From an uncultured delta proteobacterium (GTDB lineage Bacteria; Desulfobacterota; WTBG01; CAIYCZ01): a stretch of 46,161 bases of DNA. Below, piece after piece: positions 1 to 8,716 of this stretch. Positions within the stretch are counted from its first letter, which is position 1; every line of letters begins with the position of its first letter. The stretch covers positions 1-46,161 of the forward strand of contig CAWDOY010000030.1 in assembly GCA_963803975.1 (NCBI GenBank), read 5' to 3'. The position numbers and the translations under genes are program-made. Below the pieces are notes generated by a model that worked only from the letters and a program-made list of their open reading frames with translations, had not been told where the DNA came from and did not search any database.

Positions 1-256
1 CAAAGGTGCGGCTCGGCATGATAAAGACAAAGCCGGGTGTCATCGACCCTGCCGGTCATGCAATCCTTGATAATCCCGATTCATAAGATTTATTTTATAG
101 AGACTCGTTTTCGGGGAATGAATAAAGGGGACAACATTCCCCCTTATCCCCCTGCCCCCTAACCGCAACGAACAGGCCTGAAAAACCGCGCTGCCCCATT
201 CAAGAAAAGGGCCGGCCGGCTCTGCGTGTCTGTCAAGTCGGGTTTTCATAAAAATA

Positions 257-1300
257 TTAATCAATTTTGGGCAGCGGCGTGTCCTTGGTCGGCACCGGCA
301 GAATCGGGTATTCAACCCGGGGCTGCACGCCCGTGGTTGCTTTTAAAAAATCGGCGATCTTTTCAATCTCCTGCTGCGACAGCTTGATCCCCAGCTGCGC
401 CGCGCTCATGATGCCCACGGCCTCCTTCAGGCACCAGACCTTGCCTGAATGAAAATAGGGGGTCGTAAGTTCGATATTGCGAAGCGATGGAGACTTGAAT
501 ACATACTGATCAGACGTTGCGCCCGTGAGCTTGAAGCGGCCCGTATCGCCTGCGGTGATTTCCGCTTTGGGTTTTTCCATAACGCCGAAGGGGAAATAGC
601 CCGTGCCGCCCATATTGACCCCGCCATGGCAGGCAGCGCAGCCCTTGTTCATGAAAAGCTGCAGCCCGTCTTTCTCACGTGCGGTCAGGGCTTTTTCATC
701 TCCCGTCAGGAATTTGTCAAAGCGGGAGTCGGGCGTGAGCAGCGTTGCCTCGAACGCTTCGATGGCTTTGGCCATGGCGTCGAAGGTCACGGGATCTTTA
801 TCGGCGCTGAATGCTTTCCTGAATCTCTCAGCATACTCCGGCATGCTTTTCAGGGTCTTGACGACATTCTCGGGACTGTTGTTCATCTCAACGGATGCCT
901 GCACCGGCCCCTTGGCCTGCTGCATCAGGTCGGTGGCGCGGCCGTCCCAGAACTGGGCTATGTTGAATACCGAATTGAGTACGGTCGGAGAGTTTCGGCC
1001 GCCCTTTTGCCACTTGTGCCCTACGGAGGTCTCCTGAAAATCGGCGCCGCCAAGGCCCAGGTTATGGCAGGTATTGCAGCTGATAAGGCCGCTGCGCGAG
1101 AGGCGGGGCTCAAAATAGAGCATTTTGCCGAGTTCAACCTTTTCCGGCGTTACGGGATTGTGGTCGATCGCCGGGGAGGTTTGGGGAATCGGTTTGAACA
1201 GGGCCTGCGCCTGCTGCATGACCGGATCAGCCGCTACCGCAGGCAGGGCAATTAAGCAGAAAACAACAAAAAAAGATACGAGCAGCAATAATTTTTTCAT
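257..1300 (-). CDS. ccpA: Di-haem cytochrome c peroxidase (CcpA/MauG family), secreted
   Basis: Signal peptide MKKLLLLVSFF..AVAA; haem motifs CNTCH and CAACH; family motifs GKMLYFEPRLS, QFWDGRA, FKSPSLRNI, PYFHSG. Start placed at ATG 1300, behind AGGGAG. Confidence 0.93.
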   Translation of the reverse strand: MKKLLLLVSFFVVFCLIALPAVAADPVMQQAQALFKPIPQTSPAIDHNPVTPEKVELGKMLYFEPRLSRSGLISCNTCHNLGLGGADFQETSVGHKWQKGGRNSPTVLNSVFNIAQFWDGRATDLMQQAKGPVQASVEMNNSPENVVKTLKSMPEYAERFRKAFSADKDPVTFDAMAKAIEAFEATLLTPDSRFDKFLTGDEKALTAREKDGLQLFMNKGCAACHGGVNMGGTGYFPFGVMEKPKAEITAGDTGRFKLTGATSDQYVFKSPSLRNIELTTPYFHSGKVWCLKEAVGIMSAAQLGIKLSQQEIEKIADFLKATTGVQPRVEYPILPVPTKDTPLPKID

Positions 1301-1367
1301 GGCATTCTCCCTAAAATACAATACACTTCCCCTTCTTTAAAAACCAACTGCTTCATTATCGTTTCAT

Positions 1368-2381
1368 TCATGTCACACTCTTGCCAAGCACTACTTTCCC
1401 TTTGAAAAGCCTATATGCATAAATGGTATAGCCAATTACAAATGGCATGCCTACCAGGGCGATAATAAGCATAACCGTTAATGTCAACTGTGTTGATGAA
1501 GAATTGGCAAGGGTAAGACTCAGTGCCGGATCATTACTTGCCAGAACTAAATTAGGATAGTGAATAGCTCCAACAATGCCCCATAGTCCCGCAAATGACA
1601 CTGAGGACATGAAAAATGCCTGCCCATCTTTGCCTTTGTTTAAAGCTTGTCGTGTGAGAAACCAGGCAGCTACTACTATAAGGCCGGCAGCATACGCGAG
1701 CATATTGCCTGCTATGCCGCGCATAAAGATTAAAGCTAAAATAAAGCAGAGAATCAGCAGCACAATAAAAGCAACCCCTATGGTCCGTGCTATGTTCCGC
1801 GCATTGTTCTGAAGAGCGCCGGTTGTTTTCATGGCTGCATAGGTGCTGCCCTGCAATAATATGGCTGAAAGCCCTAAAAGACCAACCACTAAAGGAAAGG
1901 GGCGCAGCAGGGTAAAGAAATTGCCGGTAAATTCCATCTGCTCATTTAAGGGAATTCCTACCACAACATTTCCCAGCGCTACTCCATAGAGCAGAGACGG
2001 CAGGAAGCTTCCGATAACAAATGCCCAGTCCCAGAGCTTTTTTCTTTTTTCATCATAGCTCCGGAATTCCAAAGCTATTGCACGGAAAATGAGCGCAAAC
2101 AAAACAAGCATGAGCGCCAGATAAAATCCGCTGAACACCGTGGCATAGACATGGGGGAATGCCGCGAACAACGCGCCGCCGCCGGTGAGCAGCCAGACCT
2201 CGTTTCCATCCCAGAACGGACCGACAGCATTATACAACACTCTCTTATCCTCGTCTTTTTTAGCAAGAAACGGCACCAGAGAACCTACGCCCAGATCAAA
2301 GCCATCGAGAATTGAATAGCCAATCAGCAGGACGCCGATAAGTACGTACCATATATTCTGGAAGAATAGTAAAGCTTCCAT
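1368..2381 (-). CDS. cydB: Cytochrome bd ubiquinol oxidase subunit II
   Basis: LDGFDLGVG and GPFWDGNEVWL motifs; polytopic membrane protein; directly downstream of cydA. Confidence 0.96.
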   Translation of the reverse strand: MEALLFFQNIWYVLIGVLLIGYSILDGFDLGVGSLVPFLAKKDEDKRVLYNAVGPFWDGNEVWLLTGGGALFAAFPHVYATVFSGFYLALMLVLFALIFRAIALEFRSYDEKRKKLWDWAFVIGSFLPSLLYGVALGNVVVGIPLNEQMEFTGNFFTLLRPFPLVVGLLGLSAILLQGSTYAAMKTTGALQNNARNIARTIGVAFIVLLILCFILALIFMRGIAGNMLAYAAGLIVVAAWFLTRQALNKGKDGQAFFMSSVSFAGLWGIVGAIHYPNLVLASNDPALSLTLANSSSTQLTLTVMLIIALVGMPFVIGYTIYAYRLFKGKVVLGKSVT

Positions 2382-2431
2382 CGAACACCTCCTATGCAGA
2401 AATACATTATAATTTATTACGTAAAATATTC

Positions 2432-3758
2432 TTAGTAACCCGGAGCTGTTTTTTCAGCGGGCCCTTTTTTGACTATTTTCACTAATATCCTGATGAATAG
2501 TACAAACAGCAAGAGGTAAATGAGGCCAAACATAATCAAAGAAAATAATATCTGCCAGGCAGGAACTACAACCGAAGCGGCATCTGCGGTGCGTAAAACC
2601 CGGTACACAGCCCAGGGCTGCCTGCCAACTTCTGCTGCAATCCAGCCGAACTGATTGGCAAGATGGGGCAGCGGAATCGCAAAAAGCATTATTTTTAAAA
2701 ACCAGGGGGTGTCTCCGATCTTATTCTTAGCAAGTAACACAGCGCCGATAACGGTTATGGCGGCAAACAGCATTCCTAATGAAATCATTATATGATAGGA
2801 CACAAACGAGAGAAAAACCGGCGGCCATTCATCTGGCGGAAATTCATTGAGACCTTTTACCGTTGCATTGGGATCGAGGTACAGAAATAAACTCAGCATT
2901 TTGGGAACGCCAACATACAGATACGTTTTCTGCTTTTCAGCATCCGGGAACCCGAAGAGCGCCAGGGGAGCTCCTGCGGTAGTTTCAAAAAGTGCCTCGA
3001 ACGCAGCCAGCTTTTCAGGTTGGGTCTTTCCCACCTGTACGGAATGTGCGTGCCCAAGAAACAGCTCTGCTATGGAGGCGATGACTAAGATGATGACCGC
3101 AATTTTTAGCGCAGCTTTGGCATACGCTACATCGCGTTTTTTAAGGAGAAACCATGCGCTTATTCCTGCCACGAGAAACACGCCGGTAATCCATCCGGCA
3201 ACCATGGTATGGACATAGCGAATTATCGTAGAAGGGTTGAGTGCGGCAGCGAAAAAATCCTTTAAAACTGCTCGGCCGCCCTCAATGGCAAACCCGGCCG
3301 GTGTTTGCATCCAGGAGTTTGCAATAATAATCCACACCCCGGAAAGATGTGCGCCAAAGAATACTAAAAATGCAGAAGTCCAATACGCCCGTTTCGATAC
3401 CCGGTTCCTGCCGAAAATGAGAATCCCTATAAAGACCGATTCAAGGAAAAATGCAAACACGCCCTTCTGCCGCAAGGGGCGCACCGAAAATATCACCCAC
3501 CATGCGTGAATAGTTGGACCAGTTCGTGCCAAAGGAAAACTCCATGACAATGCCGGTTGCTGTTCCAATAACAAATACCAGCCCCAGGATCTTTACGAAA
3601 AAGTCAGTCAGCTTTTTATAGAGCTCCGCATTTTTTCTCACGTACAGGGTTTCAAAGATTAAGATAATAAGGGTAAGGCCAAAGGTGAGCGGTGGAAACA
3701 GGAAGTGAAACCCTACGGTGAAAGCAAACTGGATACGAGATAATAAAACAGCATCCAT
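2432..3758 (-). CDS. cydA: Cytochrome bd ubiquinol oxidase subunit I, one frameshift near 3470
   Basis: ORF 3441..3758 (LSRIQFAFTVGFHFLFPPL, GIVMEFSFGTNW) joins ORF 2432..3574 (FFLESVF, ANSWMQTP, QPEKLAAFE, GWIAAEVGRQPW). The join is repaired by removing one G from GAAGGGCGTG on the coding strand. Confidence 0.93.
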
Positions 3759-3853
3759 AGTTCATCCCTCCCTATTAGTTACATTACATATTACTGCTGC
3801 GCAATTCGGGTTCTTTTTATTGCTGAAAGGCAAGAAGGTCAACGTCGCTGGCA

Positions 3854-3882
3854 AGTATAGACCGGTGATTATTGTGTGTAAA
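3854..3882 (-). promoter_or_regulatory. Sigma70-type promoter for cydAB-ccp
   Basis: Minus strand TTTACA-17 bp-TATACT, ~95 bp upstream of the cydA start; the -35 lies at the end of repeat copy 1. Confidence 0.6.
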
Positions 3883-3970
3883 TAAAAATCTTGCCGCAAA
3901 TATGGGCAGGTTTATCGGGCAGAAAACTGCGATGTGATTAAACGGTTGTGGCGTGATGCACGGGCTGATA
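3873..3970. repeat. ~100-bp diverged direct repeat, copy 1 (copy 2 at 6128..6228)
   Basis: Shared blocks gccgcaa.at(a/g)tgggcagg, aaaac.gcgatg.gattaaa.ggttgtg.cgtga.gca.gggctgata, aligned by eye. Confidence 0.85.
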
Positions 3971-4233
3971 AGAAACCTTCTGAAGACACTCGATTCCGGA
4001 ACCAATTGATGAGCTATTAAGGAGTACATATCCCGCAGGGCATAGCCATCGTCAATTTCATTGATAGGTTATGGTTATTCTTGTTTTCGTGTCCTGTAAT
4101 TAACGTGCGTATTAGTAAGTGCTTCAAGCGGCGTAAAAGAGGCAGGATCGTCCGACAGTGAAACATGAAATGACATGAAAAGCAGGCTGCCGGTTTGTTT
4201 AGGACTACGCGTTAAACCTCCCTTCTCAATAGG

Positions 4234-4282
4234 TTGACAATCCTCGGAAAATAGTGCATTATAGGTCTGACCAGTCTGACCA
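4234..4282 (+). promoter_or_regulatory. TA promoter and probable operator
   Basis: TTGACA (4234)-17 bp-CATTAT (4257); tandem GTCTGACCA x2 (4265-4282), overlapping palindrome GGTCTGACC, just before the AGGAGG RBS. Confidence 0.6.
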
Positions 4283-4297
4283 TAAAAGGAGGGCATC

Positions 4298-4549
4298 ATG
4301 AACACATGGCAGCTCCAGGAGGCAAAGGCACGTTTGAGCGAGGTTATCAAGAAAGCAGCAAAAGAGGGGCCGCAGAGCATCACGGTCCATGGGGAGTCTA
4401 CCGCCGTGATAATCTCACAGGAGGAATACGAGCGGCTCAAGCATCCCCGTGGGAGCTTCGTCGAATTCATGCGTCAGTCGCCGCTGTACGGACTGGAACT
4501 TGGCCTGAAGCGTGAGCAATCATTCACGCGGGAGGCCGACGTCACATGA
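4298..4549 (+). CDS. Type II antitoxin, Phd/YefM family
   Basis: WQLQEAKARLSEVI...GPQSITVHG..AVIIS.EEYERL; stop overlaps the toxin start (ATGA). Confidence 0.93.
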   Translation: MNTWQLQEAKARLSEVIKKAAKEGPQSITVHGESTAVIISQEEYERLKHPRGSFVEFMRQSPLYGLELGLKREQSFTREADVT

Positions 4550-4956
4550 GTTACCTGCTCGATACCAATATTCTTTCCGAAACGGTCCGCCGGGCCCCGA
4601 ACAAATCCGTACTCGCGTGGCTCGACCGGATCCCCGGCGAGGCTCTTTTTGTGAGCGTCCTGACGCTTGGCGAGATCCGCAAGGGCATTGAGGCGATCAC
4701 GGACAAAAAACGGCGCGAGAAACTGCGCCTGTGGTTGGAACACGAGCTTCCTGTATGGTTCGAGGGCAGGGTGCTTCCCGTGGACCTTGCCGTCGCTGAC
4801 CGCTGGGGCCGCATCCTGGCGGAGGTTGGCCGTCCGGTGCCCACCATCGACAGTCTTCTCGCGGCAACAGCACTGCATCATGAGCTGCGGCTGGTTACCC
4901 GTAATGCCACGGATTTCGAGTATCCCGGCCTTGAAGTGATAAACCCGTTCGGGTAA
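4546..4956 (+). CDS. vapC: Type II toxin, VapC/PIN domain
   Basis: YLLDTNILSE, SVLTLGEI, DSLLAATA, LVTRNATDF PIN-domain motifs. Confidence 0.93.
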   Translation: MSYLLDTNILSETVRRAPNKSVLAWLDRIPGEALFVSVLTLGEIRKGIEAITDKKRREKLRLWLEHELPVWFEGRVLPVDLAVADRWGRILAEVGRPVPTIDSLLAATALHHELRLVTRNATDFEYPGLEVINPFG

Positions 4957-5008
4957 GTTTCGAGTGAGGCATTTTGGGGTCACCCATTACCCCTCCTTGA
5001 TTGTTTTT

Positions 5009-5315
5009 TTAAATATATGCTTCAAAAGGGTAATCCGGGTCGGCGCAGTCATATGAGGGGATTTGTTCGTCCGCATAATATTCTAACGGCGGAGGCTTTG
5101 TCTTTGGCGGCGGCCTTTTCCGTGTCACCCACAGACCGACATGCTGGAGTATTGCTTCGATCACTTCGGGCTGGTCTATGAAGCTGATTATCTTCATAGC
5201 TCCTTTACACTTGGTGCAGGTGAGCGGATCAACCTCATAGATTTTCTGAATCAGCCGGGCCGGTGAAATGTCTTTGGGCTCAATGATGCAGGGGATTTCG
5301 TTATTTTCGGCCGTG
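5009..5315 (-). pseudogene. C-terminal remnant of an IS91-family (rolling-circle) transposase
   Basis: Reading upstream of ORF 5009..5197 in frame gives EIPCIIEP..ARLIQKIYEVDPLTCTKCKGAMKIISFIDQPEVIEAILQHVGLW..KRPPP, resembling the IS91-family C-terminus; no catalytic N-terminal part present. Confidence 0.75.
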
Positions 5316-5432
5316 CCTATGCCGACATGGCCCAGCCCGATGAAGGACGCGCGTGGCTTGAAAAGGCTTCAGCCCTTGAAAAAGCCGGGAAAGAGTGAAG
5401 CCGCCCTGTTGAGACAGGTCCTGAGCAGTATT

Positions 5433-5981
5433 TTATTTCCCGCAGATACAACGCACCAGCGCTGCGGCAAGCCCGTAAACAAACAGACAGCTGGCGGCGC
5501 CCATGGTTATCCATTTCAGGCAGGTCGTCACAGCCATGACCCAGGCCGCGCCATCCATTCTCTCAGGATAAGCAGACAGTATCACTATGGATAGTATATT
5601 TTCAGCCCAGTCAAGCAGCCCCGGCAGCAGGGCTACAGAGCTCAGCCGCGCGGCCTTTTCGCCATGGGCATACCTGAGCGCCAGGTTGATAACAACAAGA
5701 TAGAAAAAAGAGTAGACGAAAGGCCATGCAAAATCATAAATCAGCAGGGCCCTTATATACGCGCTACGGCCTTCCGTTCCATAGGCTTTGGCCATTTCAT
5801 ACACAGTGTCCGGCTTCGGGAAAAAGCTGAGTCCCGGACTTCCCGCCTCACGGGTATAGATTTCCACGACCTCTTTTTGTCGGGGCAGAACAACAGCAAT
5901 GAAAGAAACAAACAGCACAAAGGTGATAATGAGTGCCGGGATTGTTGATAGTCTGCCAAGAAGCTTATTAATTGCGAGCAT
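5433..5981 (-). CDS. Hypothetical membrane protein (~4 TM helices)
   Basis: Hydrophobic segments; AYGTEGRSAY, DFAWPFVY, DWAEN. Start moved to ATG 5981 because the longer ORF runs through the repeat and promoter. Confidence 0.7.
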   Translation of the reverse strand: MLAINKLLGRLSTIPALIITFVLFVSFIAVVLPRQKEVVEIYTREAGSPGLSFFPKPDTVYEMAKAYGTEGRSAYIRALLIYDFAWPFVYSFFYLVVINLALRYAHGEKAARLSSVALLPGLLDWAENILSIVILSAYPERMDGAAWVMAVTTCLKWITMGAASCLFVYGLAAALVRCICGK

Positions 5982-6108
5982 GATGTATTCTAAAGCCTCA
6001 AGAACGATCGCAGCCCGCGCGGCAGTATGCCGCCGTTGCGGTAGTAGTCGATTTCGATGGGGCGAATATAATTCATAGGAACTCGTTTTCGGATGAAGGA
6101 AGTATAGG

Positions 6109-6137
6109 ACTATAGGACTGGCGCGAGTGTGTGTCAA
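6109..6137 (-). promoter_or_regulatory. Sigma70-type promoter at the end of repeat copy 2
   Basis: Minus strand TTGACA-17 bp-TATAGT. Confidence 0.65.
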
Positions 6138-6228
6138 TAAATAATCCGCCGCAAGATGTGGGCAGGGGTTATTCGGACAAAAAACAGCGATGCGATTAAA
6201 AGGTTGTGACGTGACGCAAGGGCTGATA
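6128..6228. repeat. ~100-bp diverged direct repeat, copy 2
   Basis: Aligns with 3873..3970. Confidence 0.85.
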
Positions 6229-6619
6229 GGGGGCGTTATGTCAACAGGAACGGCTGTTTCCGGTGGCGCAGGGGCAGGGCGCAGGCGGAAGTTTACGGGT
6301 TCCCACGGGTATAGCTGTTGCGGGAGGCATGGCAACATCCACGTTGCTCACGCTGTTTTATTGTGCCGGTAGCCTGCAGCCTGATTGATGATTTCATAGA
6401 ACTGCTGAAGCACTGGAGGCGATAGGGTTTGGCCAGGAGTACTGAAAAACGCCCGCCCCCGAAAAAATAATTACAGCCGCGATAAAAATTCTTGACATTA
6501 GTTTTAATTTGAATTATTAGTACAATCTAACTATTAAAAAATCTAACTATCCTGATTTTACTGCTAACGCAAAATTTATCGTTTCAGTTATTCCTACCGC
6601 ACGAGCAGGTTTTATATAT

Positions 6620-7087
6620 ATGGAAAGCAGTGCCGTGAGACAGCTCAACAGAAATGACATTTTGGATCGGATACTGAATTCATATAATGCCATTTCAAAA
6701 AGCATCAATCCTGCAAACCTGTATAAAATTGAGCTCACTTCTTCACAAATAAAAGTGCTGGCGACGTTCACCGAGCGGGAATGCTACACCATGACCGAGC
6801 TGAGCCAGATACTTTCTGTAACGCTGCCCACCATGACGGCAATGATTGACCGGCTTATCCAGAGCGGCCTGGTTAATCGTGAGCGTGATGAGCGTGACCG
6901 CAGGGTGGTGCTGGTGCGCCTCACCGGCGAAGGGAAAAAAGTGATCAACAACCTCATGGAAGTAAGAAAGCAGGAGATTGAAAAAGTTCTCAGCATGCTT
7001 GATCACAAAGAGGTTGATATTTTTTTGGGTTCAATTGAGAGCGTGGCGCAGCTTCTGACAAAGGCCCGGACCCAGGTGGAAGAATAG
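6620..7087 (+). CDS. MarR-family transcriptional regulator
   Basis: LTSSQIKVL..TMTELSQILSVTLPTMTAMIDRL..GLV.R...DRRVVLVRLT.EG winged-HTH signature. Confidence 0.95.
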   Translation: MESSAVRQLNRNDILDRILNSYNAISKSINPANLYKIELTSSQIKVLATFTERECYTMTELSQILSVTLPTMTAMIDRLIQSGLVNRERDERDRRVVLVRLTGEGKKVINNLMEVRKQEIEKVLSMLDHKEVDIFLGSIESVAQLLTKARTQVEE

Positions 7088-7131
7088 AACCACTGCAGAA
7101 CATTAACACACAATTATTAATAGGAGAGCAT

Positions 7132-8622
7132 ATGGGCGCAGGGGAATTCTCGAAAGAATCGTTACTGAAAGATTTAAGCAGCATGGTGGCCGGTGAACGG
7201 GTTTTCAGTGATACTGAGACCCTGAAAAAATATGCTCAGGACACAAGCCGCGCTCCTTCGCGGATGCCGGATGTGGTGGTGAAGGTAACATCTACTGCCG
7301 AGATACAGAAGGTGGTTAAGTATGCAAACGAGAAGAGTATTCCGATAACTCCCCGGAGCTCGGCAGTGGGTTTCTATGGCGCAGGCATTCCCCAGGAGGG
7401 CGGCATCATAGTTGATATGACGCTGATGAAGAGAATCATGCGCGTGGATACCCGGAATAAATGGGTGTTGATCGAGCCGGGCGTCACCTACGGAGAGCTG
7501 CAGAAGGAGCTTGCAAAGCACGGCATGCGCGCTTTAAATCCGCTCCTGCCGCACCAGGATAAATCAGTCATAACCAGCACCCTGGAGCGGGAGCCGAAGC
7601 TGACCCCCAAGCACCATCTGGATGAGACCATTCTCACCATGGAGCTGGTACTGCCCACCGGCGAGCTGTTCCGCACGGGTGCCATGGCGGTTCCTGCCTC
7701 TGCCCCTGAAAAAGTGCCGGACGAGGTGCATTCCGACCTGTGCAACTCCATGGGCCCGGGCATTGACTGGTACCGGCTGATCCCCGGAAGCCTTGGTACC
7801 TATGGCATTGTGACCGCCATGAATATGAAGATTGCGTATCTTCCGGTAAAACAGAAAATAGTCTTTTTTGGTTTCAAACAGCTTGAGGATGCAATTGAGG
7901 CCTTCTATAAAATTGAACGCAAACAGATCGGTGATGAATGTTTCCTGCTCAACAACTCCTACCTGGCAGCAATTCTTGCGTCTTCTCCAGAGGACATTGG
8001 CCGGATCCGCTCAGTGCTTCCGCCGTATGTCCTGACGCTGAACGTAACCGCCGGAGAGTGGTTGCCGGAAGAGAAGATGGACTATCAGATGGAAGCACTT
8101 GATGAAATTTCAAGGACCTATCTGCTCAAGCCCATGGAGAGCCTGCCGGGGGTTCAGGAAGCAGAAAAGACCATTACAGAACATCTTTACCAGTCCTGGA
8201 ACAATGGTGGCTCCTACTGGAAATTCCGGGCGCTGGGCGCTTCTCAGGAAATTTTCTTTTTAACCCCCTTGAGCAGAGCTCCTGAGTTTCTTGCCATAGT
8301 AAAGGACGTTGCCCGTACATATGACTACCCGGTCAACCAGATTGGCGTTTATCTGCAGCCCAAGCAGTGGGGCAAGGCCTTTCAGATGGAAGTGAGCCTT
8401 CCCTATAATCCTGAAGACATCCTTGCGCAGCAGACCGCAGATAAGATGTACGACGAAGCAAGCAGGGAGCTCATTAATAAAGGCGCTTTTTTCTATCGCA
8501 TTTACGGCGCCTGGGCAGACATGGTCTATTCCCGGACCGGCAATCTGCATGCAACATTAAAGAAAATCAAAAAGATACTTGATCCTAACCAGATCCTGAA
8601 TCCGGGTAAACTGGGATTCTAA
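7132..8622 (+). CDS. FAD-binding oxidoreductase (GlcD/VAO-like)
   Basis: PDVVVKV...PITPRSS, IEPGVTY, MELVLPTGELFRTG, C-terminal KKILDPNQILNPGKL. Confidence 0.9.
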   Translation: MGAGEFSKESLLKDLSSMVAGERVFSDTETLKKYAQDTSRAPSRMPDVVVKVTSTAEIQKVVKYANEKSIPITPRSSAVGFYGAGIPQEGGIIVDMTLMKRIMRVDTRNKWVLIEPGVTYGELQKELAKHGMRALNPLLPHQDKSVITSTLEREPKLTPKHHLDETILTMELVLPTGELFRTGAMAVPASAPEKVPDEVHSDLCNSMGPGIDWYRLIPGSLGTYGIVTAMNMKIAYLPVKQKIVFFGFKQLEDAIEAFYKIERKQIGDECFLLNNSYLAAILASSPEDIGRIRSVLPPYVLTLNVTAGEWLPEEKMDYQMEALDEISRTYLLKPMESLPGVQEAEKTITEHLYQSWNNGGSYWKFRALGASQEIFFLTPLSRAPEFLAIVKDVARTYDYPVNQIGVYLQPKQWGKAFQMEVSLPYNPEDILAQQTADKMYDEASRELINKGAFFYRIYGAWADMVYSRTGNLHATLKKIKKILDPNQILNPGKLGF

Positions 8623-8716
8623 AAACAAATAATTTTCTTCTCATGCTTCCCGTAATATGGTATATAAAAAATAAGTATACTCATATTTTTTAACTTACAG
8701 TAAGGAGGAAGAAACA

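Noticed and set aside
1..96. Start of a minus-strand gene at the left edge
   Set aside because: Too short to assign a frame or product.
449..1255. Long antisense ORFs (also 37549..38337, 24901..25593, 21048..21746, 43880..44410)
   Set aside because: Shadows of well-supported genes on the opposite strand, with no motifs.
4098..4218. attC site upstream of the TA module (TTAAC...GTTAAAC)
   Set aside because: Only the outer bases pair, there are no convincing L boxes, and no attC follows vapC.
5982..6338. N-terminal extension of ORF 5433..6338, and ORF 3817..4029
   Set aside because: Both read through the non-coding repeat and promoter; their shared ISPC.T.QPFN.IAVFCP peptide just reflects the DNA repeat.
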